IMG/VR virus record: IMGVR_UViG_3300017912_004002 | Span: 1-29,137 of that record | Strand: one strand, 5' to 3' | Source: a virus | Taxonomy: Duplodnaviria; Caudoviricetes | DNA length: 29,137 nucleotides | Shown here: positions 7,884 through 16,697 of the stretch, piece by piece | Position numbering within the stretch: position 1 is the first letter of the stretch | How the letters are laid out: every line of letters starts with the position of its first letter | Program-made: the position numbers and the translations under genes | Notes under the pieces: model-generated | What the model was told of the DNA's origin: nothing | Seen by the model: only the letters and a program-made list of their open reading frames with translations | The model's database searches: none

Positions 7884-9788
7884 ATGGCCCGAGTACAGGC
7901 AGATAGAGCAGAAGTAGAAGCCGCTTACATTAGGCATATTGAGAACGGCGACTATGAAAAAGCTGAGCGGTTGGCTACTCAGATCGGTTATGTGCCGTCT
8001 ATGCCTGAAGGCGCAGGCGAGTCCTTTGCCATGGGTGCTGCACGCAGCGCTACCTTGGGCTTCCGGCCAAAGATGTCAGCAGCTCTTAGCGCTGGCGCTC
8101 AAGCGCTTTTAGACGACGCTGACTATGACAGGGCCTATAACGAGGCCCTTACGCGCCAGATGAAATATGAGCGCCGTTTGTCCCAGAGTCCTGCCTACAC
8201 CGCTGGTGAGGTCGTAGGCGCTTTTGTTGGTCCCGCAACTGCGCTGGGCATTGGTGCTCGCGGCGCCTCGGCTGGGATGAACGCGCTCAAGGCGGCAGGC
8301 CTCGGCGGCGCTGAAGGTGCGGTGGCAGGCATTGGCTACTCTGATCGACGCGGCCTAGACACTCTAGGGGACGCCGGCTTTGGGGCTGCCACAGGCGCCC
8401 TGACAGGTGGCACTGCCGCAACCATTGGCCCAAAGGTTGGCGAAATGGCAGGCCGAGCGTTTGAGTCAGCTTTCAGCGGCTCTGCTGCAAACGCGGAGCG
8501 CGCTATCGGTCGAGAGATTGTTGGCGCCGGCTTGACCACTGCTGACGATGCCATAGGCGCCCTTAGAGGTTTAGGCCCCCAGGGCATGTTGGTGGACATC
8601 GCCCCCGGGGCGGGAACGCAGGCTATGCGCCGCGCTGGTGGCGGCGATCTGGCTACTAGATTGACCGAACGGCAGCGTGGCGCTCGCGGCCGCGTGCTTG
8701 GAATCTTAGAAGACGCCACCGGCGCTAAAGTTGCTGACTATGACGAGCGCCTGGCCACGCTAACCTCTCAACTTTCCCGGGCGGGGCAGGACTACAACGC
8801 GCTCGCTCGCGTTGAGATTCCTCGCGAGCTGGTAGACGACATTCTTGAGATCGAGAGCCCCCTGGTGCAGCGGGCAGTGGCCGGTGCTAAGGCGGCTATG
8901 AACGAAAGCCAGGTCTCTTTTGTCGAAGACGCCTACTCTGTGCCTCTTCAATATTTAGACTTCGTTAAGCGCGAGCTGGATGCTATAGCCCAGGCCGCAA
9001 AGAGCGGCCCGGGTTCAGGCGTAAACGGCGCAGAGGGGCAAAGGGCAGCGAAGCTGGCTGCAAAGCTCCGCACCCGCATGGACGAAATCTCACCAGAGTA
9101 TGCGCGGGTCCGCGACAACTATGCGGAGCTGGCCGGTAGCGTGGACGCGATGGGGGAAAGCGCTACTAGCAGCGCCACCAACCCTGGCGGACGGCAGGCG
9201 ATGAAGGTATCGAACCCTGCACTGCTTGACGACGTAGCGGCCAAGGTGGCGGAAATGAGCCCGCAACAGCGCGCCGATTTCCGGCTAGGCGCAGCCATGG
9301 GCGCGGACGATGTCCTGGCGCAACGCGCAACGCGGGATGGCGATGTGGGCAACATCCTCCGGCCAGACGTGCCTGAGAGCGTGGGCAACCGAGTGCTCGA
9401 CTTAGCCTCTGAGACCCCAGCCTCTGCTCAGGCAGCGCGAGAGGCGCTCAGCGCAGAAAGCCAGATGAACGAGACCTACCGGATGCTGTCCCGAGGCACT
9501 GGCTCCCGCACCGGCATATTGGACGCCGACGCCAGCCGCGTGGTGCGCAACTCTCCCAAGGAGATGCTGATCAACGCAATCCTGCCGAACGGCCTGACGC
9601 TTGAAACCGCTGAGGCTATGAGGTCCATGCTGATGCGCGGTGACATCAACGAGCAGGAAATGCGCCGCATGGTTGACCGAGGTCTAAAGAACGGTCTCTT
9701 TGAGGCCACCCCGGAAGCGGTAGACGGCTGGTTCCGAGTTGCGCTCGCAGGCACCCGCGCCGCGCAAGGCGTGCTGTCAGAAGACTAG
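7884..9788 (+). CDS. Large internal virion/ejection protein
   Basis: About 634 aa; Gly/Ala-rich hydrophobic segments (GAARSATLGF, GGAEGAVAGIG); GAGG RBS before ATG 7884. Confidence 0.72.
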   Translation: MARVQADRAEVEAAYIRHIENGDYEKAERLATQIGYVPSMPEGAGESFAMGAARSATLGFRPKMSAALSAGAQALLDDADYDRAYNEALTRQMKYERRLSQSPAYTAGEVVGAFVGPATALGIGARGASAGMNALKAAGLGGAEGAVAGIGYSDRRGLDTLGDAGFGAATGALTGGTAATIGPKVGEMAGRAFESAFSGSAANAERAIGREIVGAGLTTADDAIGALRGLGPQGMLVDIAPGAGTQAMRRAGGGDLATRLTERQRGARGRVLGILEDATGAKVADYDERLATLTSQLSRAGQDYNALARVEIPRELVDDILEIESPLVQRAVAGAKAAMNESQVSFVEDAYSVPLQYLDFVKRELDAIAQAAKSGPGSGVNGAEGQRAAKLAAKLRTRMDEISPEYARVRDNYAELAGSVDAMGESATSSATNPGGRQAMKVSNPALLDDVAAKVAEMSPQQRADFRLGAAMGADDVLAQRATRDGDVGNILRPDVPESVGNRVLDLASETPASAQAAREALSAESQMNETYRMLSRGTGSRTGILDADASRVVRNSPKEMLINAILPNGLTLETAEAMRSMLMRGDINEQEMRRMVDRGLKNGLFEATPEAVDGWFRVALAGTRAAQGVLSED

Positions 9789-9797
9789 GAGACTGGA

Positions 9798-10364
9798 ATG
9801 TTTGGCCACATCAGAGACTATTTCGCTGACATCTTCGGCACGTCCGAGGAAGACAAGCAGTTTGGAAGGCTGCTGGAAATGTTCGACAAGGTGCAAGAGA
9901 AGCGGATGGAGGCGAACCAGTTCATCGACGACAACATCCGCCAGCCCATCAACGAAAACATCCGCCAGCCGATTTACAACGCGGTAGACAAGGTCGTCCC
10001 CCTGGAACTGCTGCAGATGGGCGGCGGAATGGGTAGCAGCAGCTCAATGATGCCGGCTATAGCCGATGCGCAGGCGCCCGACGCCGTGTCTCCGCTTCAA
10101 GGCGTATTGGCCAATGCCGGTATTCAGAACCCGATGGTTGACATGCTTAAACCGGCGCCAACCATGCTGCAAGCGCCAGAGTTTGCACCGAGAAGGCCAG
10201 ACAGCTTTACGCCTGTGAACCCCATGGACAAGCAGATCGAGGAGATCGAGGACGTGGTCAGGAGCCAAAGGGTAGGCGGTGGCGTGCTAGAGCAGCCAGG
10301 GCAGGGCGCTCCTGGCCTGCTAGAGACGACCAACATATACACGATGGGCATAGGGACTCAGTAA
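9798..10364 (+). CDS. Hypothetical virion-module protein
   Basis: 188-aa ORF, AGGAG RBS, NIRQPI duplication. Confidence 0.7.
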   Translation: MFGHIRDYFADIFGTSEEDKQFGRLLEMFDKVQEKRMEANQFIDDNIRQPINENIRQPIYNAVDKVVPLELLQMGGGMGSSSSMMPAIADAQAPDAVSPLQGVLANAGIQNPMVDMLKPAPTMLQAPEFAPRRPDSFTPVNPMDKQIEEIEDVVRSQRVGGGVLEQPGQGAPGLLETTNIYTMGIGTQ

Positions 10365-10365
10365 C

Positions 10366-12003
10366 GTGGGTCTTCGTAACTACATCACCTCAACGCTCAG
10401 AGACACATCGGCCGGCGCCATTGAGGGCGCAGTTGGCCTAGTAGACCTCGCCTCACAGGGCGGAGCGTATCTCTACAACAAGGCCACGGGGCGGAACATT
10501 GAGCCTTTACAGTACGGCCCCATGGTCAGCGAAGCCCTAGACCTCAACCCTGACAGGGACTCCGCCGCTTACATCGGCGGCTCCCTTGTCGGCGGTGCGC
10601 TCACTGGCGGAGCTGGTGCGATCCGCTCTGGCCTCCAGGCTGGAGCGAAGGAAGGAGCAAAGGCCGCAGGCACCTCCTTAGCTGCTGAGGCCGCAGGCTA
10701 CGCAGGAAGCGTTGGCGCTGCGCGAGCCGCGGAGGCTGCTGGCTACGGCGAGACCGGGCAGATGGTGGCAGGGCTTGCTGGTGGTCTAGCCGCTGGTGCT
10801 CGCACCCCTGGAGCCAGTGCGCCTGTGAAGCAGGACATCTTCGGCGGCACTGGCGCCTACAACCCTGACAGCGATGCGCTTCGCCAAGCCGTGCGCCTGG
10901 AGAAGGAAGGAAGCGGACCTGCCACTATCTGGAAAGAGACCGGATGGTTCAGGGGTAAGGACGGCAACTGGCGCTTTGAGATAGACGACAGCCAAGCCAA
11001 GTTCGATCTCAATATCAGGCATGGAGACATGGGCACCGTGCGTGAGATCATGGATCACCCCGCGCTTTTTGATCAGTACCCCGAGCTGAAGCGCATGCGG
11101 TACAAAACGACCGACCCTGGAGAGGCGTTAGTCTCCGGCTATTACCATCCAACGGAAAACTACATTGCCCTGAACCCCTTCCACGACCACCAAGACGAGA
11201 CTTTGCTCCACGAGCTTCAACACGCCATACAGGATTCAGAGGGGCACTCGCCGGGCGGGAACTATGACATCGCCAAAGCGTATTTAGACGATTCCTTTTT
11301 TGCTCAGTTAGATGCAGATTTTCCGCCAGACGTCAGAGACAGGGTTGGTGTAGATCATTATCTTCGGGATCAGTTAGCACCTGTTTATGCTGCTAGCACC
11401 ATTTTGAAGATGAACAACATCACGCAACCCAAGCAGCTCTACAACAGCAGCCTCTGGTATGAGCACAATGATGAGGTGAGAAGGATCATCGGACCCCCGC
11501 CTCCGCGCGGGAAAGCGCAGCTAGACTACACACAGAAAGCTGGCCGCGTTATCGCCGACCTAGAGATTCAACGGCTAAGAAACTCCGACCTTATTGACGA
11601 CCGATACCTGTTCATGAGCATGGAGCCCTACCTTGAGAATGGCTTGGGCCTCAATGCGTTGGAGGAGGTGCGTAAGAAACAGAAATCGCTTGAGCGGCAG
11701 CGGTCGAGGAATAGAGAGAAAGGTAGGCTCTACGAGTACAACGTCCTAAGAAACCAAGCGGAGAGGCTTGGAGAGCTGCCCGATGGAGTGCTCTATCGTT
11801 TGCTTGAGGGAGAAGCTGAAGCCTTCAACGTCATGGACCGAATGCGGATGAGCGCAGACGAGCGCAGGGCAAGCTACCCGCCTAGCACCATGAAAGACAG
11901 AGGCCAGTCGATTTATGAAGACGTGATTCCTGGGCGACCTGGAATACGCCGCCGGCAACAGACTGATGGCGGCGTGAGCCTTCTGTTCGACCCTAACGAG
12001 TAG
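10366..12003 (+). CDS. LPD23 domain + zincin-like metallopeptidase protein (polyvalent-protein type)
   Basis: IWKETGWFRGKDGNWRFEIDDS (LPD23-like), TLLHELQHAIQDSEG (HExxH, 11209-11223), YRLLEGEAEA; Gly/Ala-rich N-terminus. Confidence 0.82.
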   Translation: MGLRNYITSTLRDTSAGAIEGAVGLVDLASQGGAYLYNKATGRNIEPLQYGPMVSEALDLNPDRDSAAYIGGSLVGGALTGGAGAIRSGLQAGAKEGAKAAGTSLAAEAAGYAGSVGAARAAEAAGYGETGQMVAGLAGGLAAGARTPGASAPVKQDIFGGTGAYNPDSDALRQAVRLEKEGSGPATIWKETGWFRGKDGNWRFEIDDSQAKFDLNIRHGDMGTVREIMDHPALFDQYPELKRMRYKTTDPGEALVSGYYHPTENYIALNPFHDHQDETLLHELQHAIQDSEGHSPGGNYDIAKAYLDDSFFAQLDADFPPDVRDRVGVDHYLRDQLAPVYAASTILKMNNITQPKQLYNSSLWYEHNDEVRRIIGPPPPRGKAQLDYTQKAGRVIADLEIQRLRNSDLIDDRYLFMSMEPYLENGLGLNALEEVRKKQKSLERQRSRNREKGRLYEYNVLRNQAERLGELPDGVLYRLLEGEAEAFNVMDRMRMSADERRASYPPSTMKDRGQSIYEDVIPGRPGIRRRQQTDGGVSLLFDPNE

Positions 12004-12011
12004 GAGAACCC

Positions 12012-12266
12012 ATGCCCAAACCAGCCAAAGGGAAAGCCCGGGTCAAGGTCACCGCGTCAGGCAAGAAGGTCAGCTACGGCCAAGCCGGTAAAGCCAAGGG
12101 CGGTGGCCCGCGAGTCAAGCCTGGCACCAGCAAGGGCGACGCCTACTGCGCTCGCAGCGCTGGGCAGATGAAGTCCCACAGCAAGGCAGCGAAGGACCCC
12201 AACTCCCCACTGCGCTTGTCACGCAAACGCTGGAAGTGTTCTGGCACCAAATCGAGGAGGAAGTGA
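12012..12266 (+). CDS. Small basic protein (DUF6321-like)
   Basis: AGGAG RBS; YCARSAGQMK...AKDPNSPLRLSRKRWKC. Confidence 0.78.
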   Translation: MPKPAKGKARVKVTASGKKVSYGQAGKAKGGGPRVKPGTSKGDAYCARSAGQMKSHSKAAKDPNSPLRLSRKRWKCSGTKSRRK

Positions 12267-12267
12267 T

Positions 12268-12372
12268 ATGCCCATGGTCGGAAAGAAGAAGTTTTCATAC
12301 ACCAAGGCTGGCGCCAAGAAGGCTAAGGCCTACGCCAAAAAAACTGGGAAGAAAATGAGGAGCAAAAAATAA
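12268..12372 (+). CDS. 34-aa Lys-rich peptide (not in ORF track)
   Basis: MPMVGKKKFSYTKAGAKKAKAYAKKTGKKMRSKK*; GAGGAGG RBS; tightly packed with neighbours. Confidence 0.75.
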   Translation: MPMVGKKKFSYTKAGAKKAKAYAKKTGKKMRSKK

Positions 12373-12524
12373 TGCCGGGAAAAGGACTCTATGCAAACAT
12401 CCACGCGAAGCGGAAACGCATCGCCGCTGGTTCAAAAGAGAAGATGCGCAAGCCCGGCAGCAAGGGAGCCCCCACTGCGAAGGCGTTCAAGGCAGCAGCA
12501 AAAACCGCAAAGAAAAAGAAATAA
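12372..12524 (+). CDS. 50-aa Lys/Ala-rich peptide (not in ORF track)
   Basis: MPGKGLYANIHAKRKRIAAGSKEKMRKPGSKGAPTAKAFKAAAKTAKKKK*; TAATG overlap, GAGGAG RBS; motif familiar from aquatic phages. Confidence 0.8.
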   Translation: MPGKGLYANIHAKRKRIAAGSKEKMRKPGSKGAPTAKAFKAAAKTAKKKK

Positions 12525-12546
12525 GACCGCATGAGGGGGCAACGCC

Positions 12547-13026
12547 ATGATCGAGATCGGCCTAGCTATTGGCGTTGCCTCCAAGTCCTTTGCGGTTGTG
12601 AAGAAGATGGTCGCAGCGGGGCGCGACCTTGAGGACACAATCGGACAGCTCAGCACATGGTTTGGCGCGATATCTGACATAAATGAAGCAGAGCGCCAAG
12701 CAAAGAATCCTCCGCTCTTCCGCAAGCTGACAAACGCTAAAAGCGTAGAAGCCGAAAGTTTGGCAATCTTTGCCGCCCGCAAGCGGGCTGCTGCGATGGA
12801 ACAAGAATTAAGGTCTATGGTGGTGCTGGCCTATGGGAAAGAGGCGTGGCGAGAGCTAATCGCGCTGCGCAAGAAGATCAAGGCCGACCGGGAACGGGCC
12901 GTCTACAATCAAATGCGCAGGCGCAAAGCCTTTGTAAACAATAGCCTCATGGGCCTAGCCATAGCGATCCTACTGGCTGGCGTCATCTTCCTGCTTACCT
13001 TTTTTATAAGAGTGACTAGCGAATGA
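12547..13026 (+). CDS. Hypothetical protein with coiled coil and C-terminal TM helix
   Basis: 159 aa, GAGGGGG RBS, C-terminal LMGLAIAILLAGVIFLLTFFI. Confidence 0.8.
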   Translation: MIEIGLAIGVASKSFAVVKKMVAAGRDLEDTIGQLSTWFGAISDINEAERQAKNPPLFRKLTNAKSVEAESLAIFAARKRAAAMEQELRSMVVLAYGKEAWRELIALRKKIKADRERAVYNQMRRRKAFVNNSLMGLAIAILLAGVIFLLTFFIRVTSE

Positions 13027-13032
13027 CGCCAA

Positions 13033-13236
13033 ATGTACCAATAGTGGACCTGGCGCTCCTAAGTTATTGATTTACAAGCTGATCGTGCAAAGCCATCATC
13101 GGCGCGACGGATAGCATTTTGTTTGTTTTCAATCACTTAGCTCCACAACATACTGCACCAAACTGCACCAAAACCCTTTACACACCACAATTTGTCCCCA
13201 TAATTCTCCCAAGCACTGAACCAGGGAGTGTACCAA
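13033..13236. other. attP site with dusA-derived core, two IHF-type sites and arm-type repeats
   Basis: Core CCATCATCGGCGCGACGGA (13093-13111) reads SVAPMM on the minus strand; IHF consensus at 13060-13072 and near match at 13127-13139; TGYACCAA at 13034, 13154, 13164, 13229. Confidence 0.85.
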
Positions 13237-14214
13237 ATGGGATCAATTCAAAAGCGCGGCGACACCTATCGAGCCCTCGTCCGTAAGAAGGGCCACCCGG
13301 CCATCAGCAAGACCTTCCCCAAGAAGGCACTGGCCCAGAAATGGATCGCGCAGACCGAGTCAGACATCGCTGCTGGCGAGTGGCGCGAGGACCGGCAGAC
13401 CTTCGGGCTGATCACCGACCGCTACATTAAAGAGATCGGGGCCATTCGCAAGTTCGGTCGCAGCAAGACCTGGCTCCTGCACCGCCTCAAAGAGGAGCTG
13501 GGGCACCTTGAGCTGCGGGAGATGACCACCCAAGCCCTGACCCAGTGGGCCACCTCGCGCACCGCTGGCCCCTCTACGGTCATGCAGGACATGATTTATA
13601 TCGGGGTGGTGCTGCAAACCGCAGAGGCTATGTGGGGCGCCCAGCCTAAGATCGATGACTACAAGCAGGCCATGCTGGCGCTGAAGCGCTTAGGCGTGAT
13701 CGCAGAGAGCCAGGAGCGTGACCGCCGCGTGAGCGACAAGGAGGTGGCGCTTATCCTTGAGCACATCAATACCGTCTTCCCCATGGACGACCTGATTTGG
13801 TTCTCAATCCATACGGCTATGCGGCTGGGAGAGGTTACCCGCATCCGCTGGTCAGACCTGAGCGAGGACGGGCGGACGGTGATCATCCGCCAGCGTAAGC
13901 ACCCCAAGCAGAAGCGGGACCAGCGGGTGCCGCTTCTGCCCGAGGCGGTGGAGATCATTCAGCGCCAGCCGCGTATCGCTGATGAAATCTTCCCCTACAA
14001 CGGTAACAGCGTCTCTGACGCCTTCCAGCGCGCTAGGAACGCCGCAGGCCTGGAAGACATACGCTGGCATGACCTGCGCCATGAGGGTGTCTCACGGCTT
14101 TTTGAGCGCGGCCTGGACACGATGCGGGTGGCCGTCTTCAGCGGCCACAGGGACATCAACATGCTTCGCCGCTACACTCACTTGTCGCCCGAGCAAATAC
14201 TCGACTCTCTATAA
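13237..14214 (+). CDS. int: Tyrosine integrase, likely dusA-associated type
   Basis: TAMRLGEV (R), KHPK, WHDLRHEGVSRLFE (HxxR), SGHRDINMLRRYTHL (H, Y); GGGAG RBS before ATG 13237; adjacent att. Confidence 0.93.
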   Translation: MGSIQKRGDTYRALVRKKGHPAISKTFPKKALAQKWIAQTESDIAAGEWREDRQTFGLITDRYIKEIGAIRKFGRSKTWLLHRLKEELGHLELREMTTQALTQWATSRTAGPSTVMQDMIYIGVVLQTAEAMWGAQPKIDDYKQAMLALKRLGVIAESQERDRRVSDKEVALILEHINTVFPMDDLIWFSIHTAMRLGEVTRIRWSDLSEDGRTVIIRQRKHPKQKRDQRVPLLPEAVEIIQRQPRIADEIFPYNGNSVSDAFQRARNAAGLEDIRWHDLRHEGVSRLFERGLDTMRVAVFSGHRDINMLRRYTHLSPEQILDSL

Positions 14215-14428
14215 GTTTCCCTAAGTACCATGCGGCCTTGCGCAAGTCCTCGACCTGCTTCTCCGGGTCGCTCGACTTGTAGCGCCAACGGTGTAGATAC
14301 TTCTTAACATTGCCTTCGCAGTAGAACTCAAAACCTTCGTCGCCGAGGTTATCCTCCAGATATTTAATGCACTCGATGCCGCCGTGGTTATAGTGCGGCG
14401 GGTGGTTGACCATGTCTCTTTCGTTCAT
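14156..14428 (-). CDS. DUF3310 (SaV/T7 gp1.7-like) protein
   Basis: DMVNHPPHYNHGGIECI...GNVKKYLHRWRYK...EDLRKAAWYL. Confidence 0.88.
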   Translation of the reverse strand: MNERDMVNHPPHYNHGGIECIKYLEDNLGDEGFEFYCEGNVKKYLHRWRYKSSDPEKQVEDLRKAAWYLGKLIESRVFARATSECSGEAC

Positions 14429-14437
14429 GTTGTAGCC

Positions 14438-14641
14438 TCAACTATTGGTTGTAATGGCGACCAAGCCCTCAGCCCGTCGCGCGTCAAAAAATGCCTCCAC
14501 AACGGCCCGGTCAGCGACGCGGGCCTTGCCTAGGCGGTAGGTGGGAACCGGGAACGTGCCCCGGCTGATGGCGTTCAGCACACCTTTTGGGGTCATCCCC
14601 ATCACGTCCGCCAGCTCGTCGATCTTCATATACGGTTTCAT
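14438..14641 (-). CDS. Excisionase/AlpA-like winged-HTH protein
   Basis: 67 aa; MKIDELADVMGMTPKGVLNAISRGTFPVPTYRLG; near the integrase. Confidence 0.75.
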   Translation of the reverse strand: MKPYMKIDELADVMGMTPKGVLNAISRGTFPVPTYRLGKARVADRAVVEAFFDARRAEGLVAITTNS

Positions 14642-14651
14642 CCTGCCCTCC

Positions 14652-15299
14652 TCAATTCTGGTCTAAAAACCTGACCACGGGTTTGTTGCTCAAGGTGTAG
14701 CGGTTTGCCTTCGCGTTGAAACGCAGGTCCACGCAGATGTCATTCCCCTCCCTAAAACCGTGCTCGGTCAGCTCCTGGGCGGTTAAGCACAGGAAGTCGT
14801 ACGCGAATAGCGCATCGTTCTTCCTCAAAGCTGCAATGTTGAGCAGCTCCATCGTGGCCAGTGGGAAACGAACGGTCCACTTGTTGCGCCCTTGATGCTC
14901 AGCGGATCTGACCACGATGACGCGGTGAACTCCGTGGCCTATAGCATCAATGTCATGGTCGGCATCAGACCCCGCAAAAGCCATGTTGTAGCCTCGCTCA
15001 ATGACGTAGCCGGCCAAGGCGTACACCGCCGAGTCCTGCCTGCCCGCTGCCGCGCGCCTCTTTTCAATCTCCCCGTGGCTAGTGCCCAGCGCGAGCCATA
15101 CATAGTCCACGCCCAGGGTGGCAGCCAGCTTTCGCATGGTGGGCTGCTTCGGCCGGCTCTCGCCAGCAAACCACTTCCGCACCGCCTCCTGGCTCACCTT
15201 CATCTTCTCCGCCAGGTAGGTCTGTTGACCCTTCCCATGGGGCGGTATGTCGACGTTCTCCCTGCACGCTTGTGCTAGCCGTACTTCAAATTCTTCCAC
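14652..15299 (-). CDS. XRE/CI-like repressor with atypical C-terminal domain
   Basis: HTH QQTYLAEKMKVSQEAVRKWFAGESRPK...LGVDYVWLALG; no S24 peptidase motif evident. Confidence 0.8.
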   Translation of the reverse strand: MEEFEVRLAQACRENVDIPPHGKGQQTYLAEKMKVSQEAVRKWFAGESRPKQPTMRKLAATLGVDYVWLALGTSHGEIEKRRAAAGRQDSAVYALAGYVIERGYNMAFAGSDADHDIDAIGHGVHRVIVVRSAEHQGRNKWTVRFPLATMELLNIAALRKNDALFAYDFLCLTAQELTEHGFREGNDICVDLRFNAKANRYTLSNKPVVRFLDQN

Positions 15300-15329
15300 T
15301 TCTTCTCTTCACCACTTTTTGTTGTAACT

Positions 15330-16697
15330 CTAAACCTTTGATGATCCCCTGTCATCCCGCAGTTTCGCAACGAAACGTAACAGGGAACTTTGTGTCGCAC
15401 TTTTATTTTTCAATACTTCATATACGGCGTGGTCCGCGCCCGTGTCGGCTAGGATGTGGTAGACGCGCACGGGCTTTTTCTGACCCTGGCGGTGCAAACG
15501 TGCGCAAAATTGCTCATACAGCTCCAGCGACCAAGAGAGCCCGAACCACACGATGACCGAGCCGCCACGCTGTAGGTTCAGGCCGTGGCCGGCGCTAGCG
15601 GGGTGGGCCAGGAGCAGGCTGATCATGCCTTCGTTCCAGCTCTCAATCGTCTGGGGGTCAGTGCCCAGGACTTCCGCCTGGGGGTAACGGTCGAGCAGGC
15701 GCTCAAGGTCCGACTTGTAGTGGTAGGCAAGGAGGATCGGCTCGTTCGCTGCCTCGATGATCTCGTCGAGCGCGTCAAGCTTTGCGGTGTGCAGCTCATG
15801 CCACTCCTTCTCGGAGTCGTACACCGCGCCGTTGCTCACCTGCAGCAGCTTGTTGACCTGCACTGCCGCGTTAGCCGCCATCACCTCGCCACGTTCTACG
15901 CGCAGCAAGAATTCCTTCTCCATCTGCTCATAGGCCTTGCGGGCTTTCGGTGGCAAGGTAACGCGGACGGTGCTGTCGATGCGCTTCGGCATTTTTAGGT
16001 AGTCCGCTGCGGACATGCGAAGTACCACGTCGGCCACCTGTTTGTACAGAGCTTCAACGCGGTCGCCCCGGACCTCCCACTGGGCCCACATAGGGTTGCC
16101 GACCTGGCGGCAGTATTTCTGTAGGAACTTGCCCCGGGTGTTCTCAAGTCTCTCTCCGCCGTCGAGCAGGTACACCTGGGGCCACAGCTCCAGCAGGCTG
16201 TTGGGCGCTGGCGTCCCCGTTAGCTGCACCATGCGGTCTATCTTTCCGAGAATTTTCCGCATGGCTTTCCACCGCTTGCTGGCGTGACTCTTAAAGCTGG
16301 AAGACTCGTCGATTACGACGGCGTCGAAGGGCCACGCCTGCCCAAAATGCTCCACTAGCCATGGAACCTGCTCCCGGTTGATGACGGTGATAGGGGCGCC
16401 GGACTCGACGGCCTCCTGCCTAGCCTTGGGCGACAGCCCAGCGGCGACGTTGATCTCTAGCCCTTGCAGGTGCTCCCACTCACGCACCTCCGCGGGCCAG
16501 GTGTGCTGCGCCACGCGCAGTGGTGCGATGACCAGGGCCTGACGCACCCTGCCGTCGCGCAGAAGATCGGCTAAGGCGGTCAGGGTGGTCACTGTCTTGC
16601 CCAGGCCCATGTCTATCCATAACGCGGCCTTGGGGTTGTGGCGGATGAACTCAATGGCTCGCCGCTGGTAGGGGTGGAGGTTCTTTTCGTTCAACAC
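15330..16697 (-). CDS. SNF2-family helicase
   Basis: DMGLGKT, VVIDESS, LTGTP, HPASAGHGLNLQ, ARLHRQGQ. Confidence 0.93.
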   Translation of the reverse strand: MLNEKNLHPYQRRAIEFIRHNPKAALWIDMGLGKTVTTLTALADLLRDGRVRQALVIAPLRVAQHTWPAEVREWEHLQGLEINVAAGLSPKARQEAVESGAPITVINREQVPWLVEHFGQAWPFDAVVIDESSSFKSHASKRWKAMRKILGKIDRMVQLTGTPAPNSLLELWPQVYLLDGGERLENTRGKFLQKYCRQVGNPMWAQWEVRGDRVEALYKQVADVVLRMSAADYLKMPKRIDSTVRVTLPPKARKAYEQMEKEFLLRVERGEVMAANAAVQVNKLLQVSNGAVYDSEKEWHELHTAKLDALDEIIEAANEPILLAYHYKSDLERLLDRYPQAEVLGTDPQTIESWNEGMISLLLAHPASAGHGLNLQRGGSVIVWFGLSWSLELYEQFCARLHRQGQKKPVRVYHILADTGADHAVYEVLKNKSATQSSLLRFVAKLRDDRGSSKV

